Positions 58,291-64,000 of a stretch of DNA of 64,000 bases are shown one piece after another. A program made the position numbers and the translations under genes. Position 1 is the first letter of the stretch. Every line of letters begins with the position of its first letter. A model generated the notes under the pieces. It was not told the DNA's origin. It saw only the letters and a list, made by a program, of their open reading frames with translations, and searched no databases. Source of the stretch: Octopus sinensis (lineage: Eukaryota); assembly GCF_006345805.1 (NCBI RefSeq), contig NC_043024.1, forward strand, positions 10,850,001-10,914,000, given 5' to 3'.

Positions 58291-59259
58291 GATTTGTATA
58301 TAGCATGCATATATAACCAGTGACAAGCTCAAAAAAAATCACCCTTGCATATGTACATATATATTTTTATTTGCTCCATTACTTCAAGTCTAGTTTAAAC
58401 ATTGCTCACCCAGAATTATTGACAAAAAAACATGATTATAAATATTAAAAGAAATACAAAAATGGAAACAAAAAAAAACTGTTGTTTTGTCTTTATTCTT
58501 CACTGGAATTGGTTGAAACGTTTGTGTTTGTTATTGTCTGTTGTATGGTGGTTCTGAAGGTATGTGGCCTAGTGGTTATGTGTGTGTGTGATGGACTCTC
58601 CCGTCGTCGGACGACCTATGAGGGTTTTGCAATTTCGTGCTGAATAACCATTGTTTGCCCACATTGGAGAACGGGAAGAGAAATTACTCTTTTATTTGTT
58701 TCAGTCATTTGACTATGGCCATGCTGGAGCACTGCCTTTAGTCGAGTACATCGACCCCAGGACTTATTCTTTGTAAGCCCAGTACTTATTCTAGCGGTCT
58801 CTTTTTTTGCCGAACCGCTATGCTAGGAGGAAAAACACATACACACACACACACACACACACATATATTATATATATATATATATATATACGATAAGCTT
58901 CTTTCAGTTTCCATCTACCAATTCCACTCACAAGGCTTTTGTCAACCAGAGGCTATAGAAGAAGACACTTGCCCAAGGTGCCACGCAGTGGGACTGAACC
59001 CGGAACTATGTGGTTGGTAAGCAAGCTACTTACCACACAGCCACTCCTGTGCCTTGTTAGTGTATTTGGCTCGTGATAGTAAGGTTGGGAGTTCAATTCC
59101 CAGTGATGCATTGTATCCTTGAGCAAGACTCTTTATTTCACGTTGCTCCTGTCCACTCAAGGGCCAGCCTTGTCACATTGTGTCACACTGACTCTCCCCG
59201 AGAACTACATTAATGATACACATGTTCCATGGATCGGATCAACTGGAACGCTTATAACT

Positions 59260-59570
59260 GATGGTTGATGAGTTTACTTACCTGGAAATAACATTGCTTC
59301 AACAGAAAAGGATGTCCAGGAAAGAATTTCAAAAGCATGGAATGCCCTGGACAGAAACAATTACTTGGAAGTCCTTCCTTCCTGACAATATGAAGAAGGA
59401 TTTTTTCAAGGCAGTGGCTCCATATCTGTTTCTGATATGTCAGGATAATGTCATACAAAACATCCATGGAAATCAGTAAAGATTAGAAATAAAATTCCAT
59501 GATCGAATGAAGGCTTGTATCAGTGTGGATAGTAAGCTTTCTGAACACCTGATGCAAGAGGCACCCATCA
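59260..59570 (+). mobile_element. Degenerate RTE-like reverse transcriptase fragments
   Basis: VDEFTYL.., TWKSFLPDNMKKDFFKAV and FHDRMKACISVDSKLSE resemble separate parts of RTE ORFs. Confidence 0.5.
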
Positions 59571-59719
59571 TTTCCACATCTGTGCCAAAGAATGTCGGTC
59601 CTAGCAGGAGTGAAAAGCCAGATCCATGCTTCTTGTGTTTGAGAGAACAGTCAAGCGATGCATTGCTCAAAATCATGTTGCAACCACCATATATATACAT
59701 ATATATAATAATATATATA

Positions 59720-60120
59720 GGTGTAGGAGTGGCTGTGTGGTAAGTAGCTTGTTTACCAACCACATGGTTCCGGGTTCAGTCCCACTGCGTGGCACCTTGG
59801 GCAAGTGTCTTCCAATAGCCCCGGGCCGACCAATGCCTTGTGAGTGGATTTGGTAGACGGAAACTGAAAAGAAGCCCGTCGTATATATGTATATATATAT
59901 ATATGCATTTGTGTGTCTGTGTTTGTCCCCCTAGCATTGCTTGACAACCGATGCTGGTGTGTTTACGTCCCCGTTACTTAGCAGTTCGGCAAAAGATACC
60001 GATAGAATAAGTACTGGGCTTACAAAAGAATAAGTCCCGGGGTCGAGTTGCTCGATTAAAGGTGGTGCTCCAGCATGGCCACAGTCAAATGACTGAAACA
60101 AGTAAAAGAGTTAAAAGAGA
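59720..60120 (+). mobile_element. tRNA-derived SINE family A copy
   Basis: Near-identical to 38855-39257. Confidence 0.85.
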
Positions 60121-60727
60121 GTAATATAGAATCACCAGACATGACTATAATTGGCACTCCATCAATTCTAAGTGTTCCAGTTGATCCGATCCATGGAACA
60201 TACGTATCATTAATGTAGTTCTCAGGGAGATTCTGTGTGACACAATGTGACACGGCTGGCCCTTGAGTGGACAGGAGCAACGTGAAATAAAGACACTGGA
60301 TATTCATAAGATTAAAGACACACACACACACACACAAACATGCACTCTCTCTCTCACTGGACAATGATGACAATGATAATAAATCCAGACAACTTTTTGA
60401 AAAATAACTTTTATCAAAATAAGACACACACCCACCTTAGAGTAGCCACCTCGTTTTCCAATTTTTGAAGGCCAAGAATCAACTCATCACTTTCTATTGA
60501 AAGAACTGACCAGCTGTAAAGATGTAAACAGATTTTTTCTTCTTTCTCTCTTCCTTCTTTCTTTCCTTCTCTTTTCCATTGACACTTCTTTCAGATACAC
60601 AAACACACACACAACATACACACTCTCACTTTCTACCATTCCTCACCCTCTTTTACTGTCTATATCTCTCTCCACCCCTACACACTCAATAATACTATAA
60701 AGAGAGACGAATCCCCTCGAAAAATTC

Positions 60728-60770
60728 AAATCTGAAGAATCTACTACAGTAGATGCAAGCGCTAATATAT
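60728..60770 (+). ncRNA. Degenerate hammerhead motif (GAAA changed to GCAA)
   Basis: CTGAAGA-ATCTAC(TACA)GTAGAT-GCAA-GCGC-TA-ATAT. Confidence 0.5.
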
Positions 60771-60878
60771 GATTATAAAAAACATGTGACATATTAATAA
60801 AAATCTGTAAATATAAACCATCCAGATTTCTGAGTACCTTATTTCTTCTAATATTATATATATATAATATATACATAT

Positions 60879-61232
60879 AGGCGCAGGAGTGGCTGTGTGG
60901 TAAGTAGCTTGCTTACCAACCACATGGTTCCGGGTACAGTCCCACTGTGTGGCATCTTGGGCAAGTGTCTTCTACTTTAGCCCCGGGCCGACCAACGCCT
61001 TGTGAGTGGATTTGGTAGACGGAAACTGAAAGAAGCCCATCGTATATATGTATATATATATGTGTGTATGTTTGTGTGTCTGTGTTTGCCCCCTAGCATT
61101 GCTTGACAACCGATGCTGGTGTGTCTATGTCCCCGTCACTTAGCGGTTCGGCAAAAAGAGACCGATAGAATAAGTACTAAAGGCGGTGCTCCAGCATGGC
61201 CACAGTCAAATGACTGAAACAAGTAAAAGAGT
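60879..61232 (+). mobile_element. tRNA-derived SINE family A copy
   Basis: Near-identical head; internal deletion in the tail. Confidence 0.82.
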
Positions 61233-61934
61233 ATATATATATATATAATATACACACATACACACACATATTCATCCACTTACATAGCATGTAGGCATGG
61301 CTGTGTGGTAAGAAGCTTGCTTACCAACCACATGCCTCCAGGTTCAGTCTTACTGTGTGGTACCTTGGGCAAATATCTTCCACTATAGCCTCAGGCCAAC
61401 AAAAGCCTTATGAGTGGATTTGGAAGATGGAAACTGAAAGAAGCCTGTCCTATATGTGTGTGTGTGTTTATGTCTGTGCTTGTCCTACCCCCACCGCTTG
61501 ACAACCTGTGTTAGTGTGTTTACGTCCCTGTGACTTAGTGGTTCAGCAAAGAGAGATTGATAGAACAAGTACCAGGTTTAGATATAAATAAGTCCTGAGG
61601 TCGATGTGTTCAACTGAAACCCTTCAAGGTGGTGCCCCAGCATGGCCACAGTCAAATGACCGAAACAAATAAAGGAATAAAAGAACTTACATACATAAAT
61701 ACATACCTGGGTCCGTGTGTGGCATCCGCTTCTTCAGGGAATGATCTCCCTTTGCAGGATAGAGGACACCGTGATGGTGTCAAGCCTATCCGGTGACGTT
61801 GATGATCGCCTGGGGCTAAATGCATCAGTAACACCCCCACCGCCCTGCCCTGTCCCTAGCCACATTCAAATGGCTAATGTCCCTTATGTTATGGAGCAGT
61901 TACTGTCTAAATCTCGTTTAGAGAATTATTATTG

Positions 61935-61993
<59 letters not shown>

Positions 61994-62376
61994 AAAATTA
62001 ATAAGAGGAATGACCAAAGTGGATTCCTATATGCTAGAGATAGATGTCAAATCACCTTACCACAAAGTATGTTCTCAAGAAAAAAACTCCTGTAAAAAAC
62101 CCATATATGTATATATTTATACATATATATATATACACGCACACACACACACATATATATATATATACACGCACACACACACACATATATATACACATTT
62201 CTCTGAATTGATAAGAAGCAAATGATTTGTCACACAAATCCATTCGAGATAAAAACTTTTCCCGGCTGAACTGGACGAAGTACAATGTGCCTGTGTGTGT
62301 GTGCGTGCGTGCGCACACATGCACATATATGTATACAGATATATGTTTGCGTGTATATACCTACCCCCACAATTCC

Positions 62377-62408
<32 letters not shown>

Positions 62409-62879
62409 CACTTCTCCCCTACAGCTGCCTGCCACTACTGTGTATCAAGTGATTTCTTTTCATACTTTTAAATATACTCCACCTGGCTTTACACGTATCA
62501 ACTTGGTTAAAACTCAACGAAAACACCTGTGACAGGATTGTGAAAAAATATACACACAGGTATATATAAATACCTGTGTGTATAACTATATATTTGTGAA
62601 CACACACACACACACATATATATATATGATTATTAAATTTTACAAGGAATGATTGACCCAGGTAAGTCTGTGATGAATTGTTTTGACAAAAAAATTTTTG
62701 TTGTCTTTCATGGTTTATTAAATATTGGTTATGTGGTTAAGAAGCTCACTTTGTAACCATAAGGTACTGGGATCAATCCCACTGCAAAGCACCTCAGGCA
62801 AATGCTTTCTATGATAGCCTCAGGTCAGTCAGTGCTTTGTGAGTGAATTTAGTAGACAGAAACTGTATGGAAGCTCATC

Positions 62880-63430
62880 GTATACATGTATGTATGTATT
62901 ATGTATGTACATACATGTGTGTGTGTGTTCATATATGTGCATGTATGTATGTATTATGTATGTATGTATGTATGTACGTGTGTATGTATGTATGTGTGTT
63001 TGTATGTATTTGTGTATGTATTATGTATGTATATATGTATGTATGTTTGTATGTGTGTATGTACGCATGTATGTATGTACATATGTAGGTATGTATGTAC
63101 GTACATATGTATGTGTATATGTATGTATGTATGTGTGTACGTGTGTATCTACATATGTATGTACGTATGTAGTATGTATGTATTATGTATGTGTGTATGT
63201 ATGTATGTATGTATGTATGTATGTATTATGTATGTACATATGTATGTTTGTATGTATGTATGTATGTACGTGTGTATGTATGTTTGTATGTATGTATGTA
63301 TGTATGTATGTATGTATGTATGTATGTATGTATGTGTGTGTGTATGTATGTGTGTATGTATGTATGTATGTGTGTATGTATGTAACTATGTATGTATGTA
63401 TGTATGTATGTGTATGTATGTATGTGTATG
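62880..63430. repeat. (TATG)n compound tetranucleotide array
   Basis: Directly visible; explains the MYVC-repeat ORFs. Confidence 0.95.
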
Positions 63431-64000
63431 CTTTTGTGTTTCTTTCCCTCTCTCCCCCTCCAATTATTTGTCAACCAATGTTACTTTGTTTACATCCCCT
63501 TAACCTAGCCGTTCATCAAAAGGGATCATCAGAATAAAAACCAAACTTTAAACTAAGTACCAGGGTCAATCTGTTCAGGTTAAACTCTTCAAGGCCGTGC
63601 CCCAGCATGGCCACAGGTCACTGACTGAAACCCTTAAGAGATAAATCAGTAGATTTACTATCTTTTTTTATATATGTATTCTTTTATTTATCTTTTTTAT
63701 TCTTTAATTTGCTTCAGTCATTTGACTGTGGCCATGCTGGAGCACCGCCTTTAGTGGATCAAATTGACCCCAGGACTTATTCTTTGTAAGCCTAATATTT
63801 ATTCTATTGGTCTCTTTTGCCGAACCACTAAGTTACGGGGATGTAAACACACCAACATCGGTTGTCAAGCAATGTTGGGGGGACAAACACAGACACACAA
63901 ACATATACATATATACATACACACATACATATATATATACGACAGGGTTCTTTCAGTTTCCATCTACCAAATCCACTCACAAGGCTTGGTTGGCCTGAGG

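Noticed and set aside
61700-61740. Minus-strand CTGAAGA-AGCGGATG as a hammerhead
   Set aside because: No closing stem II and no GAAA downstream.
43200-64000. A second protein-coding gene downstream of XPO4
   Set aside because: All listed ORFs are microsatellite translations ([12 protein letters not shown]), SINE/LINE fragments or short unsupported frames; I could not build a splice-consistent exon chain.

Overview
AT-rich, microsatellite- and SINE-dense animal genomic DNA. The repeat landscape suggests an Octopus or other coleoid cephalopod (inference). The window holds one protein-coding gene, exportin-4 (XPO4), on the + strand. I traced 24 coding exons from 4653 to the stop at 43103; they join in frame to 3390 nt (1129 aa plus stop) and align by eye, from memory, with vertebrate XPO4 from APP.. 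to the terminal LCVK. The first coding exon was not found and is presumably upstream of the window. Two introns are U12-type (GTATCCTTT donor plus TCCTTAAY branch site) and one appears to use a GC donor. The introns and the ~21 kb downstream region contain tRNA-derived SINEs, 3' fragments of CR1 and RTE LINEs, a Tigger/pogo transposase relic, mariner-, piggyBac- and Helitron-like non-autonomous elements, and several tandem arrays. The most notable unexplained signal is a set of minimal, Penelope-type hammerhead ribozyme motifs (CUGANGA-stem II-GAAA-palindromic stem III-UA). They sit inside foldback or direct-plus-inverted repeat structures, and one has an intact core on the sense strand of an XPO4 intron.
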